Source: Podarcis erhardii (taxonomy: Eukaryota). From it: a stretch of DNA of 64,000 bases. The notes under the pieces are model-generated. The model was given only the letters and a program-made list of their open reading frames with translations. It did not search any database and was not told the DNA's origin. The stretch lies in NCBI GenBank assembly GCA_964252035.1, contig OZ176213.1, one strand, 5' to 3'. Shown here one piece after another: positions 14,441 through 29,149 of this stretch (the stretch's first letter is position 1; each line of letters starts with the position of its first letter). Both the position numbers and the translations under genes were made by a program.

Positions 14441-17400
14441 GGTGGTGGTATGCTCCTGTTGTGCACATGGGAGGACCCTCTGGGTACAGAAATGCATCTT
14501 TGATTTGGGTATTGCATGTGCCTATAGTAAACACAGAAAATATCATCCTCCCTTCCCCACATTGTTCCCCAGGCCTTCTCACTCCTCTAGTTCAGACTCT
14601 CATAAGAAGGTCATTCTCATCTGTCAGGATTAGGGCACATGGCCACAGTGGGTCTTGGTGACCTGGGACTGTCAAGTGAAGATGGAGACTAGCCTGGTAC
14701 ACACACAATGCTGAGCTCACAATGAAAGAAGCCATGATTTGCTTAGATTGCTTCCCAGCCACTTTTGGCTCCTGCCCCTGCAGCCTGGCAAGGGGATGGC
14801 CAAACAAGGCACACTTAAGGAAGCATGTTGGGTTTGTACCTAACATTAAGCTATCATGACAACAACCCAAGGCTTGTAAGCCATCATTATGTGTGAGCCA
14901 GGCCTTACACGTCATCATGTGTCTGTGGCCAGTGGAAGGATCTGCAGCCTATGGCCAGTCATGAAACTCCCCTTGTACCTCCAGCAGGCCAGAGCAGGCC
15001 GGGTGCTAATCCCCAACCTCTATCAAGGGTCTCTGCCTGTTGGTCCTGCAGGTCCAGCTTTTCAGCTTCAAGGTCCAAGTCAGAGGCAGCAGGAGGCGGA
15101 TCTCATTTCCCTGTCTTGCAACTTAAAATATTCTTCAAATGGCACCTTTTGCATGCAAAGCAAGGGCTCCCTGCCTCGGGACTGTGGACCTTCCTGCTCT
15201 CCCCTCCTCTTGCCCCTGCCTCCCCTCCTTGTCCCTTGCTCAGCCCCCTACCCTATTCCGTGCTGCCCCTCCCTCCAGGTTTCCTCGCCTCCTGACTGCT
15301 GAGGACACACAGTCCTTCGAAAAGGAGGCCACTTCTACAACAGCCCCTCACCGATTCATACAGTATTAATGCAACATCGATTCACAGGCTTTGCATCTGT
15401 TTACATCTAGTGATCTATTTCATTTCACATGCTTTGTGGTTATGATTCTGCCTGCAGGGCTGGGGCATCTCCCATCTGTCACTAAAACTGTTACAACGGA
15501 GGTAAGCCGTGGTCCAAAGCAACATGCGAGGCGCTGTGAGCCCACAACAAGGTGTCTGCAGCTTATGCCACATGCAAGCATTAGATGCATTGAATAGCTG
15601 TGAGAGCTTCTTCCTGGGAGGGGATTTGCCTCCCAGCCCCCACTGTGTGCCTGGCCTCTTTAGATTAAGAGGGTTTTGTAGCAAGGCAAGGAGGGAGGGT
15701 ACACAAAGGAGGTAGCGATGCTTTACACAAAACAAGCTGCATTCAGTGGATTCTTGATTTGATGTAATCAGACCTCGCATTCCTCAGAAAGCCGAGGATT
15801 ATGACAAGAGCAAAGTGACTGGAGGTCTCTCAGCACCACCCAGGAGTGCCTGGGCACCTCTCCCTTCAGCTGAACTGCAGCCAGCCTAGTCCCTGCCGTC
15901 TTCTCTACCTTGCAGTCCGGGGCCACAGGGAAGCCTGGCATGGGGAATGCTGCAACAGGGCACTCACCAAGGAAGGCTGTTCCTGGCATAGAAGCATGAA
16001 CCCAGATGGCTATGCAGGGGCCACAGGGAGGTGCCAGGTGCACATGGAGTGTTGTGGTGCTGGCACAGCTGGCCTTGCACATTCAGAAAGAGCACGGAGG
16101 CACCAAACGCTGACCAAGTGCCCTCCTGGAAGGAGCCAATCGCCTCATCAAAGGGCACTAGTCCTTCAGCAGCCAGAGGGTGGAGAGCCTTGCAGGAGGC
16201 CAGCATGAAAGTAACTGTCCCGCTGCTTTGAGCTGCAAGACTGCTGTCCATGGTCCTGAACCATTTGCTTTTGTATTTGACAGAGAGCATCCAGAGTTCC
16301 GACCTCACCCCTGCATAAAGCTGGCTTGGGCAGTCCTGGCTTGTCACCACCCTCTCACCTGGGCTGCCACCTCTTTCTTGGTGTGGGAGGAGTTGACTTC
16401 TGATCAGGATGGGGCTGGTTTGCCCAGCAGCAGACACTGCGGGAAGGCGCCTCCTGAAGAAAGCCCTTTGCTGCAGATGCCACATAGCTCTGCACACCTC
16501 TAGTAAGCCACAGAAATGCAGGAATGAGCTTCCTGCCTTTGATAGAGGCAGCATGACTGAACTCCCAGGGACTTGGGGACTGGGCTACCTCTGTGCCTCA
16601 CCACTGGAACGTCAACGTTCTCCATCATTTCTAGGGCTGTGGTCGAGATGATGGAGACCATTCCATGCACTTAGATACAGACTTGCCCCAGCCACTTTTG
16701 CTAGAGGGGCAGAGGGCTCTGACCTTATCAGCCATTGGGTGTGGGTGTTCAGATAAGTACCAAGCCCTCCCATCCACTTGCCCTTCCCCCTGCAATTAAA
16801 ATTGCACCCTTTCCCCTTTCTACATGACTGAGGCAGCTCCACGTTTCAACCTATGGAGCTATCAGCATAGTTTTCTTTGGCCCTGAATTCTATACTGGGC
16901 GATCATGGAGGGAGGAAGAGGGATCAGGCAGATAAACAGAACATCCTCCCTTAACCCAACAACAGAACCGCTTCTCCTTGTAATCAGTCTTCAAAAGCAA
17001 ACACAGGATTATTTAAAGACCAAGCAGGGTCAAAGAAACAATTTGCATAATGTAAAGTAAATCCATACTTGTAACCAGAAAGCTGCACGCTTTAAATCCT
17101 TGGCCATTTCTATTAATCCCAGAGGCCATGTGGAGACTGATACATGCAGGAGTAAAACTAACTCACTCTTGGGATATTCAAATCCCATGACATTGCTGGG
17201 AAGGCAGGTTCCTTGGTAGCCAGCACTATCTCCAGCCACAGCCAGCACTGGCCGAAGGAGTCCCTACCTGGCCATACCAGGGCCCTATTCTCGGCTGTTC
17301 CCTAAGAGGCTGGATTCTGACTCAGTGCTGGACGGCTCATAAGCAAAGCCACAACAACCTCCCTCTGCTCCTAGAGGCTGACAGGTCCAGATCTCCATCT

Positions 17401-20400
17401 CCTCAAAGGGGGAAAGAGCCCAGGGGGGCTCCTAGACTGAAGCAGGGGTCTGATCCGAGGAAGAGAAGACACTACCATTCTTCTTCTTGTTGACAATATA
17501 AAGTCTAAGCTGCTAGTAGTACTGGAAGTGGGAGAGGAAATGGTGCAGGGAGAAGCATATTCATTCATTAATTCATCACCCTGTATGTTCTAAGCACAGC
17601 CCTGAACTCTGGGCAGAGCTCCAAAGAGGAGTAGTCTCAATGGGGGGAGCTGTGGAGAACAGAAGCAGGTTACAGGACACCTGCAAATGCCTTTCAAGGG
17701 GAGCAGTTGGCTGGCTGGCTAGGGCTGGCCTTGGTGCCCTTTGGCGGACCTCTTTCCAATTTCATAGTTCTGTGGACAGCTACAATTCTCAAAAAGCTTC
17801 CTCAAATGGCAGCAACAGTGCATTCCACCCGGTTCTCTTAATCAGAGAGCTGCATTTGAAACAGCACCGCTTTGCATGGAAATGATGACATACCATCCAA
17901 GCCTTCCACAAGAACTTGCAAAATTTTCTTTCTTGCCTGGGGCATCAGCAGAGTGTCAGCCATACACCCTGTGAACACCTGTGGTGCTTTGAAGTTTTGC
18001 CATCAGATCTTAGGCCAGGGGGTTCTAAGTCTTGACCTGACTGGGACCCCCTTTCCATCCCATCCCCATTATCCTCTGAGGCTGCCTCACTCTTTGGCAA
18101 ACATGGCCATCTTGCTTTGTCTATGAATATCTTCATCCACCACCATGCCTTATTTCTCATGGCCCCAGCAGCCTTCAGCCTCCTGGTAGCAGAGTACGAC
18201 AGGGTAGGCACTCCAGTGGCCATCCCAGAATCCAGGCAGGAACTGATGTTTAGTGGATGTGCCCCTGCAAAAGGACCCTCTTGGGGATTCAAATCCTTGT
18301 CATGGCTCAGGGCACAGAACCAGATTTGGGGGCCCAGGGAGGCTCTGCCCCAGTTCTGCCCTGTTCCAATCTGCTTTACTCTAATTGATCCAGTAGCTCA
18401 AATCTAAACTTTGCTTGGGGTCATTGTAGACATGCTAAGTGAGAGAGAGAGAGAGGGGGGGGAGAACCCTTTCTTCCTGTCCAATCTGTTGTCATGCAAA
18501 TCAGTGGCTGATCTCCTGGGCTTCCCCCCCTCTATTTCTCTCAGGAGAAAACTTCATTGCAGGCTGACTCACTTGTTCAGTGGCAGAGGGGCTTCCTTGA
18601 CTGCACACAGGGTGACTCTGCCAGAGAAAACCCCCACCAGGCCCTTCAAAGGCTGCCTATGCTCGTTTCAGCACTTCCAGCTTCAGGGTGGGAGAGTGGA
18701 GATGAGAAGCAGCCTGGAAGTTGCCTTCAATTGACCCAGCCAATGGATTGGCCCATCCTGCATTTGATGGACAGGGTCCCTCCAGGGTTTCAGGCATCAC
18801 TGGAGCCTTTCGATTTCACTGTGAACTGATCCCAAAGCCTTCTGCATCAGCCCAGGGTCCTGATCCCATGGTGGCCAACCAATTGCCCCAGCTGGCTGCC
18901 TACAAGAGCAACAGCGGCAACTCCCCCCTCTTGTGGTTCCCAGCTACTGGCATCATTCAGAGGGATGCTGTCTTCCATAGGCACCAACTCTGAGGGGCCC
19001 AGGTCCCTTTATCCCCCCTGGAAAATTTGGGGAGCTGCCCCCTTAAGTTGAGGACAATCAGGGGTTTTGTGAAGGAGGTGTGAGGGCTCTGGCAGGGTCT
19101 TAAGACTCCTTCCTTCTCCTTCCCAAAGGGGGCGTATTTGTGTGTGCGCAAGCACATCTGTGTGGTGGGAGAGCAAAAGGGGTTTTCCTCCACAAAGTGG
19201 AGGACGTGGTCTGTTCCTGAGTCAGGGGAGAGAGGCGGCTGGTGGAAAAGGGTGCTCAGTAGCTGAAGCATCATGTGTTGGGGTGGGTGAGTACTGGGAA
19301 GGGCTTGAGAATATCCTTTATCTTCTCTTCCCCCAAACCCTTTTCCTCCCCTGCATATCTGGGAAAACAACTGAAAGTGGAGGAGAGATCAGGCCTCCCC
19401 CTCCTGTCCTTTTTTTTTTTGAAACTGGAGCCTTTGCCATGATTGAACAATTTAAAAGGAAAGTTCGCAAGATAAGCACTGGAGTACTGCTTGCTTATAT
19501 GTGTGTTCTGTGTGGGCGGGTGTTTCTTTGGATCTAGAGAACTACGAGTCCTGCGCGTGAGTGAAGGGTGTCTCTCTCCCTCTCCTTTGCTGGTGGGTAG
19601 GGCAAGAGGGGCCGTGCTGCCCTCCCAGCTGCTGCTGCTGCTGCTGCCACACTTGGATCTACCACCTGGCTTCTCCAGGTCCCTGCACATCATGACACAC
19701 GTCGTTGCCTTCCACACAAGAAGCATTTCAGAACCATCATGGTTTGTGGTCAGGCAAGGAACTCTTTCCTCCTTTGGACATCAGCTGGATGTACATGCAC
19801 AGTAACTGCTCAGTTCTTAAGCCGATTACCGAAACTGCGCTGGACTTTTACTTTATGTAAAGCTGCAGAGCAAAAGGACTTTTACTCAAAACAAGGAAGT
19901 TATGCTGTGCTCAGCATGGGGCTATGTAGGGTTGCAGCCACAGCCCCATTACATGGCTCTTATGCCTTTCATGAAGTTCTCCTTGAGGATGATGAAAGTC
20001 TCTCTCTTCATTCACTCAGCAGCAAATATGGGGGCTTCCCGTTCCCTTTCAGTTCCATGCCCCTAAGCAGCTCTGCATTCAGAGGTGCACCTTGGCAATC
20101 ACTGGCTCTCTGTCTTTGCTGCAACGGCCCACGCCAGCAACTGAATTTCTCCGCTGTGCCTGTGTGCCTCGCCCAGTCTCCCAGAGCAGCAGAGGAGTGG
20201 CCTGGGGAGAACAAGGACTAGTGGGTGGGCCATAGCTGTCAACTTTTCCCTTTTCTTGCGAGGAATCCTATTCCGAATAAGGGAATTTCCCTTAAAAAAA
20301 GGAAAAAGTTGACAGCTATGGGGTGGGCTTCTAGCCACTATGAGCCAAAGGGAATTCTCAGTGGACCCAATGCTGATTTGATGGTCTCTTTGGCACACCC

Positions 20401-21758
20401 CCCTCCAAAGCTTCATGTGAACATTTGGACTTCTTTTTAAAAATTATTACTGCTTTCTGAAGTGGGGCTTGATTGTTGGTGCAACTGAATGTTTGTGACC
20501 TTATTTCAAACATGCACATGCACCTTTTGAGAAGCTGAAAAGCTGCTCAGAGGAGGGTTGTTCTGTTGCATCTCAGGGAGAAGCCAATCATCAGCGCTGT
20601 TGTGCACAGCCGCCTTGTGCTTCCACGGAGGACTCCCAACCCCACTGCTGAATTTGTAGGTGAGGGGTGGTGGTTGTGCACCTCCCCAAGTTTGCTGCCA
20701 ATGCTAAGTCAAGTGATCGCAACTTGCCCAGAATGAATGTGTTGGCGAAGAGAGCAAATCGTGGATTTCCAAAGCTCCACTGTTTGTGTTATTTGAGTTA
20801 ATTAACATTTATTTGCTTATTTTGGATCAAACAGCCGTCACAGGCGGAAGCTGTTTACTGATGCCAGATGGCAAGCAAGAGACAGCCAGCCAAAAGAGGC
20901 ATCCGGAGTCAGCCACCCAGATAGGAAGCAAAGGCAAAATTTCAGGTTAGAAAAGTGTTGCTCTGAAGCTCAGAAAATGTGTGGGGTTGTTGGTCCATGC
21001 AGCTGGAGCCCCAAGCACACAGGCCTGCCTGGGTGCCACCGAGCCAGAGAAAGACCAAGAGCCTGGCAAAAGAGAAGCAGAATTACAGCGAACCCTTCAG
21101 AAAAGGAAGGCAACCTCTGGGGAATCCAGTTGGCTACTCAGGAGGAAGGGGACACCGCTCAGTGGGGTCAAGGTGGCCCTGGGCTTGGGGAACTGTCACC
21201 ATGGACACGAGTGGCTGTAGCCTGTGGGCAGGCAAGTCATCTGTGAGAAAAGTAGGAAAGCTGAGGGGACCAGGAGGCCAGTGCATGGCCCAGAGAGGGC
21301 TCTGCACCAGGGCAAATTGAAGCTCTTACTGTAAAATATGGCCCAAAGGAGGATAGGTGTGTGCATGTGAGCTAGCAGGCCCAAATGCTGAGCATCACTC
21401 CCTCTAACAGTGAATGCAGCTGGTGTGTGCAGAGAGAGAGAAGCAAAAGGCAGAGCCCCTAGTTTGAAGAAGCACAAAAAACACCTTTCTTTAAAATCCT
21501 AAGTGGGAAACCTCCCAATACACAAACACACCAGACTGAGGATGCTAAGTGGGCATTGGGATGGTGACTGCTTGAGGAAGGAATAGAATAGAATATTCTA
21601 GAGGTTGGGTGCAGCTGGCTGGAACCCAAATGAGGAGATGCTCCTCCTCCTCCCTGCAACGTATTTTGTGGAGGATCCCACTTTGGTCCTGCCCCCAAAA
21701 CTAACAGCCATCTTCTATCTCGTCCTCAACCTGCACTCAGTTTCATTGGACTCCCCCA

Positions 21759-22139
21759 AGGTAAAGGGAAGGTAAAGAACCCCTGGATGGTTAAGTCCAC
21801 TCAAAGGTGACTATGGGGTGTGACGCTCATCTCGCTTCAGGCTGAGGGAGCCAGCATTTGTCCACAGACAGCTTTCCAGGTCATGTGGCCAGCATGACTA
21901 AACCGCTTCCGGCACAACAAGACACCGTGGCAGAAACCAGAGCACACGGAAACACCATTTACCTTCCTGCTGTTTACCTATTTATCTACTTGCACCGGCA
22001 TGCTTTCAAACTGCTTGGTTGTCAGGAGCTGGGACAGAGCAACGGGAGCTCACTCTATCGCGGGGATTCAAACCACCAACGTTCTGATCGGCAAGCCCAA
22101 GAGGCTCAGTGGTTTAGACTAAAGCACCACCCGTGTCCC
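21759..22139 (-). mobile_element. Sauria SINE (Squam1)
   Basis: Same head, body and tail as the 14060 copy. Confidence 0.93.
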
Positions 22140-23829
22140 CTATCCTATCCTATGCCATGCCACGGGCACCCAGCCAAAGACAACACCCAGACCCCTTGGC
22201 CTTTTGTTTGAGTGGGCAAACCTCACAAGGCTGTCCAGCCCTCTGCCCAATCTCTGCCCAGATTCCATTTGCTCAATGAACACCCAGTGAACCTCTTTTC
22301 CATCATCACCCGCAAGTGCCTTTGCTATTCTGCTCACTGAAACTGTTGCTCAGACACCTGCTTCCTGCTTTCACAGTTCAATGCAAGAGGCCCCATTCCC
22401 TTCTCAGAATCCTCATCGTGCTTCAGAAAGGAAGAGGCCCTTTCAGCAAACCTGCTCAGAGATGCAAACATGGTCAGGGGTTTTTAGAGTCTATGGCCAC
22501 ATGTTCCAATTACCATTAGAGGCCTCCAGCAGATGTGATTCCCAGCAATGGGCCTAGCCAGAAATAAGCATTTCCAGGAAGGAATAGGCCACAGTCTCCA
22601 TAATCTCTCCAGAAAAGCCCCTTCCTGGGATCACCTGAAGAGAGGAGGCAGACTTTATCCCGCTCTATGCTGTCTACGCTGATTGGCAGCAGCTCACTGG
22701 AGGAATAAATATCCATGCCTCCTTGCCAAGCCAGCAATATGGCATCCTGCCAAAGAAAGGGTCCCCTCTCACCTACCCCATCTTGCATTTCATCTACTGC
22801 CTGGCTGGGTGCTCACAAGCTACCAATTAAAGTCAAGGTTGGCCACATAAAAGTCCTGGATCAGCTATGATTAAGCTATAAACAGACACCAGCATGTCCC
22901 AGGCCTTCATCCATAAGGTGCACAACTCATAAAGAAAGATGTTTTTCCCGCCTCTGAAGGAAAGCAAAATCTTCTTCCTGCCATTGCCTGATCTGCCTGA
23001 GAAGACATCTTTTATTAAAAACATTTTTAAAATTCTAACTTCCTAGAGCAACGCCAGACACACCAACGGAAGGCATTCGTCTCGTGAATATACTTCCACT
23101 TTCATTACGGCATATTTATAAATTATGCAGCTGAACATAACAATAATCTAATAAGAAATTGCATGCCACTAAATTGAGTTGAACATCCCGGAGGCAGATC
23201 CCAGCATCCTCTCCAATCTAGAAATCAATGTCCCCCAGAAAAATGCTCCAGAGAGAGCCCATTTCCACAGTTTCAGGCCTGCAGTTATTGTATGCTAAAT
23301 GCAAAACCACTGGGATGTTTCAAATGGCCCCATTTCCAGCACAATGACATATTCCTGGCTGCTGTATTTGGTGTTAAGTTCTAATAGCTGGTACTCCATC
23401 TTTGGAGCAGCCAAATAGTCAACCTTGCTCTTTCTCTCTGGCTTCTACAGTCACCAGAGGTGGCCTCACATATGCTCCAAGCTCCATGCCACCCCGGCCC
23501 CCTGGCCAAATGAAGGAAGGGCTGAGGGCACCCCCTCCCCAAAGAGACCACTGAATCTACCTTCAATCCCTAGGGTGGCCATGCTTCCCTGGGTCCATTG
23601 CACTCCAGCATCATTGTCACATGAACTTGAAGTCCACACCAACCCACATTTTGGGTGTGAGTTAGAAGCCACAATGAGAGTCTGTGGCTTCGGGCTTTTA
23701 ATAAGGCCCAAGATGCAAACACCCGGGTAAACATGATGAATCACAGGAGTAAGGAATGGCATGTGTTGCAGGCAACATTTACTCCTGAGTAATGCACCCC
23801 AGAAAGCCAAAAGAGGAAGGAATACTCAC

Positions 23830-23971
23830 AAATAGAACTTCTCGTCCCATGTTGGATTCAGGTTCCCAAATATGGTTTTTGTCCTCCTTTTGGTCTTGCC
23901 CACTTGCACTGTGACGTACGGGTCACTGGAACCAGTTTTATCCTTGGCCTGCAAGCCCTGAGCACAGACCA
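23830..23971 (-). CDS. UNC13C: UNC13C exon, 142 nt, first half of the C2B domain
   Basis: (V)[46 protein letters not shown](F). The loop-1 Ca2+-binding Asp residues are retained. Boundaries are cag| and |gtgagt. Confidence 0.98.
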
Positions 23972-23984
23972 CTGCAAGAGAGGA

Positions 23985-23988
<4 letters not shown>

Positions 23989-24032
<44 letters not shown>
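23989..24032. repeat. (GA)22 microsatellite, read as (UC)22 in the UNC13C polypyrimidine tract
   Basis: Direct reading. It ends 17 nt from the acceptor at 23972-23973. Confidence 0.95.
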
Positions 24033-24035
<3 letters not shown>

Positions 24036-26815
24036 GGAGGACACAAGTTGATAAAACTAGGCCTGGCCAACGGCGTTGTGACCAGTGTCCCCACCCACCC
24101 CCCTGCAAAAAAGGGGTTAAAGGGCTGGTGCTGGGCAGAAGAACACATGGAAGGTCCCAGGTCCAGTCCTCAGAATCTCCAGCTCAAAGGTGATGGAACT
24201 AGGTGGACTAAGTCAGAATGAGGCCACTTCCAGTGTTCTTAGATGAAGGAGGAGCCCCCCGGTACTCTGAGCCAGAGTAGAGCAGCGTGTCTTTTGTGTC
24301 CCCTGGGCTTGCGCCCTTGGCAAGGGCCGACCTAACCAGACCCTAGCTATTCCCCTGCCCCAGCTGGAGACCCTGGAGACCGCTGGCTGCCAGTCAGTGT
24401 AGACAAGACTGAGCAGTATGGCTCCATGGCCTGACTCTGTAGAGGACACCTTCCTGTGTTCCTAATAGTTCCAGATTCTCTGGAATGTAGAAAGAGTTGC
24501 TTTCCAACAGCTGGGTCAGGGCGAAGGCTGGCTACCCTTCCACAGTCAGCAAAGAGCTCAGGTGGCCTGGCTCTATTCCCAGTTATCAGTAAGCATTGCA
24601 GGAAATGCCAGCATGAGGTTATAGGGGGTGTCTCTCTCCTGGCACCTCCCTTTGGCTGACATCCTGGCTGGCTCTGGGGAGGAGCTGGCTGCCTCTTCCA
24701 AAGGCTTAGTTTTCGGACACGGTGACCGAAGGACAAGCAGTTTTTTTGTCCTACACGGGGATTATCCATGCAGGAGAAAAAACACCACTCAAGCAGGTGT
24801 TAAAAACAAACAACACCATTACAAAAACAACAACAAAACAGGACAAATAATGCAGTGAGACAATGTGAGAACCAGGCTGCGAGGCCTTTGAGGATTTCCA
24901 CCCCCCAAGGGGTGGGGGGAATGGAGAAAACAAACTTGGCCTCCTCTCGGTCATGCAAGGAGGACTCTGCTCTGGTCTCGCCCAAAAAGAGTTGTGCCTT
25001 CTCAGCTCTGAGAGCACACAGAGTTCTGTGCAACTCAAAGATTACCAATAGCAGGTGGTCCTCCAGGTGTTTCCTTGCACCTTCCAAGCCATGACATTGA
25101 CCCACTGTGCTCCGCTCCTTCTCCCATAAGGTAAGCTGTCCTCTCCCCCAGAGCAAGAAACATCTCCCAGGAGAAATGTCCAGGTATTACTTTGGAACAA
25201 GATGCTTGTTCCAATGCCCCCCCCTCCACCCCGAGAGCTGCCTTCAGACCCCAGGAGCCTATTTCCTGAGCCATTCCCTCTTGCAGAGCATGGTGTCCCG
25301 GCTACAACCTCCAGTTACAGAGACAGCCAGCTTCCCTGTAGCTGCCTTTCGCCAAGAAAACAGATGTCAGGATTTATCATCGCTAATGTGTGTTTATGCT
25401 GCTATAAATACAAACACTTGTCAGTTGACTCCTCCATCGCAATTCATAACTGTGCGAGTCTCTCCGTCGGCTTGAAAGCCAACTGGGACGTGCCACGCTC
25501 CCTCCCCTCGGCCCCCCTCTGACCATCAGCAAATATTTGCTTTGTAAGTTGGATCCACGTGATTTAAAGCATCGAGACAGGAGCATTTAGTTAACGTTTT
25601 TGAACTGCCACTAGTAGGGACAGCCCAGCTCATTAACTGCCTCATCAGAGAAATGATGGGATCAGAATGCTGTGTCCCTGTCCTGTCCTGTCCCATTCCC
25701 CGCCCCCGCAATCTGACTCAGCAGCAGACCTGTCTCTCTCCCCCCCCCCCCAGGGTGGGTCCATTCAGAAGAAAGTCTGCAGATCTTGGGGAAGGGAGGT
25801 TGTGTGGCTTCTCAAACCAGGATGGTGCCTGTGATGTCTCCTCTGGGCAACTCCTACAGCCAATCTGGTGCCAAACGTCTTGCTCTGTTTTCCTTTGGAC
25901 CACATCAGCAAGGCTAAGAGAGAGGTCTTGTTGTCTGGGCTGCCCAGGACCTCCATATACACTGCCCAAGTTTGAGCCCGGGGGAGGTCACTTCGTTGCT
26001 GCTAACACAGCAGTTTGACTTCACCCATGGAGGCGCATTCCACAGTCTCCCGAGACAGATGGGTGCCAGCACCAACACAGTATCATGAACCAAGGCTTTT
26101 ATAAGCCCTGTGGACCACCCAGTTGTTATGGCTACTGGACAAACTGTTCTCCTAGGCTGCATTGAGGACATCTTAAGTCACCTGCAGCAACTGCTGCCTT
26201 GACCAGATCTAAATTTTATAGGAAGGATTATTGTAGGTGATGCTGCTCTGTACATCAAATAGGGCATTGAGTCTAGCAACCTAGAAATCCCCAAAGAGAC
26301 AGACTTCCCTGGCAAAATCATTGTGGGTGGTGATACCAAGCCTCAAGTACAGTTTAGTACTGGGGATGATAATGTTATGCTTATATTCTGTTTCTTGGGG
26401 GGAAAAAATTAAGTACTGGGGATGTGCTATCATCCCCCTGAAGATGAATGAAATCAAGGAAGCACCCAACAGAGGAGATGTAGTTATGGGCTACTTTGAC
26501 TACCTCCCACAAACTGTTTATGCAAAAAGTTTGGCATTCAAAGTGTAAATGGGAATTGCTTGCAGTCCTCACCCCACTGGGGGGTTTCAAGGTGGCAAAC
26601 TGTTCTGCACCAGCTTGGAGGCGGCATGGACCACCTTGTGAGATCAGGGTGTACACTATCTTTCTACTTCGCACACCCAGAGAAACAACCACACACCAGA
26701 GACCCTCTTTCTGTTTGTATTCTGCAAATGCCATTTTGTAACCACCTGGGCTGGAAGGGAAAAGGGAGCTTTGGCCAGAGAGAGTTCTCCAGCTGAAAAG
26801 GGGGAATCCTCTCAC

Positions 26816-27043
26816 CCGTGATGGTGATCTTTGCTGACCACTTGGATGTCCCATCCAGGACACTCTGTTTGGCTGCCTTGGTGTGCTGTACAAAGTCCTC
26901 CTTGGGGATCTGGAACATTTCCTGGATCAGTTCAAAAACTTCTGGCCTGTTTCGCTCCCTGATCTTCATTTGCTCCTTCATTGCTGTAATAATATTCTGG
27001 GTCTTATCCTCAGCACCGTGCTTTGAACTCTTCTCCGCTGCCC
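26816..27043 (-). CDS. UNC13C: UNC13C exon, 228 nt, C1-C2B linker
   Basis: (R)[75 protein letters not shown]. The QEMFQI.KEDFVQ.TKAAK stretch is UNC13C-type. Boundaries are tag| and |gtgag. Confidence 0.98.
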
Positions 27044-28605
27044 CTAAGGTGACATAACAACAGCATTAGCAACATTTAACAATGCACTACTCTAGCAGTA
27101 GTTGTCATTGCAGCAGCTGGAGTAATATTGGGTCACCTTCTATGAGGAGAAGGTGACGCTGCTGAAATCTGGAAAACAGCTGCCCTCAATGACACAGAAG
27201 GTGCCTGGCCAGGCGGGTCTTTCATTGACGCCTTTGCCAACCTGATACCCTCCAGCTGTTTTGGACAACCTGAACTAGCCAGGGATGATGGGAATTGTAG
27301 TCCACAACAGCTGGAGGGCATAAGGTTGGCGAAAGCGGACCCTCCGCTTGCTTTCTGTGTGTCCTGCACAGCATGGATGAAGCCCCTTCCTTCCACCAGG
27401 GACATCTGGTTCCATGTGTGGTGCACGTAGACCACAGCACACACGAGAGGCCCCTTGATGTTGTGACGTCAGTTCATGCCTGGAGGGGCTTCCAGGAAGA
27501 CATCGAAATGGAAGCCCGAAGTCTGGCACAGATGCTGATCCCCCAAAATGATGGTTTTTCCTGCCCTGAAGCAAAGCCAGGGATGCCAATATTCTGACTT
27601 TTCTGGATCTTTGCAAAATAATGGGATTCCTAGTGGATCACAGAGGTCAACTGCCAAGGGGGTAGGGGTGTCACAGTACAATAGAGCACCCAACCAGGAA
27701 TCTTTGGTGGTGGGCTTTAGAGAGGCTCGTTTGCAGCCCATCCCTGCCTGGATCAGCCTAGCATAGGCTGCAAGAGACCAACTGCACTGACTGGGGACGG
27801 AGGGCAATGGTGGCCGCAGATGAAAAGGCAAGGTGGCATTTCTGGCCACCCCATCTTTTTCTGCTTGGCTGCAGGTCACAGGGGGCGAAGTAGAATGCTG
27901 ACAAATGACACCAGAGCAGCCAGCAAGCCTCCCTTGTTTCTGTGCCATGAGGCAGCCAAGCCACACTCCTGGGGGCCTGCGCATCAGGTGGCAGCAGCGC
28001 GGCAACAGAGGAGAGACTGAGGAAGAGAGAGGTCTCTGGGCCACTGGATGGCTTTTGGCGAGAGGTGACAAAGGGCCTCATGCAATCTCTTTAGCCAGCT
28101 GGAAACCTGGTGGGTTTAAAAGCAAAGGAGGAGGAAGAGTTTTATCCAGTGAAACTGGAGCTAAATGCAGACAGTGCCCAACTGAGTGAAACCCAAATGA
28201 GGTGGAAGATCCTTGAGACCAGAACGCAGGGTGGGTTGGGGGAAGCACAAGACCCATTCAGCGTTAGGGGTGCCTGCATGCCCAGAGATACTATGTCACC
28301 TCCACTCAGCCACTTCACTGTCCATCCTGCCACCTGGAGCCCCTGTGAGATTGTTGGTGTCATTGCCATCCGAGTAGCCCAAGCGTTTGCTTGGGCTTTG
28401 CGATGTGCCAAGCAGACTCTCCCTTGCCACTGCCAGGGCTGCTCCAACAGGCTTCTGTTGCCACCCCAAACCACAGGAGGATCCCATGCCCCAGAGCTGG
28501 GACACCCATGAGGCAGGGTGAGGCAAACACTGTGGGTGGCAGGATCCACAGAGACAGCAGATCCTGATGTAGTTTTTGGTGTCTTCCCTTGTTTTTGGTG
28601 TGGAT

Positions 28606-28741
28606 CAGGCATCCCCAAACTCAGCCCTCCAGCTGTTCTGGGACTACAACACCCATCATCCCTGACCACTGGTCTTGTTAGCTAATGCTGATGGGAATTG
28701 TAGTCCCAAAACATCTGGAGGGCTGAGTTTGCCTATGCCTG
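28606..28741. mobile_element. Palindromic hAT-type MITE, 136 bp
   Basis: CAGGCATCCCCAAACT...AGTTTGCCTATGCCTG fold-back. 8-bp TSD GTGTGGAT/GTGTAGAT (7/8). A related degraded copy lies at ~27232-27335. Confidence 0.85.
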
Positions 28742-28801
28742 GTGTAGATCTTCTTACCAGGCGGGGTGAGGGGTGAGGGCACCATTTTGCAGTTTGCCTC
28801 A

Positions 28802-29149
<348 letters not shown>

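Noticed and set aside
15964-28071. Long ORFs at 15964-16554 (196 aa) and 27469-28071 (200 aa)
   Set aside because: No recognisable domain and low-information composition. ORFs of this length are expected by chance in GC-rich intron.
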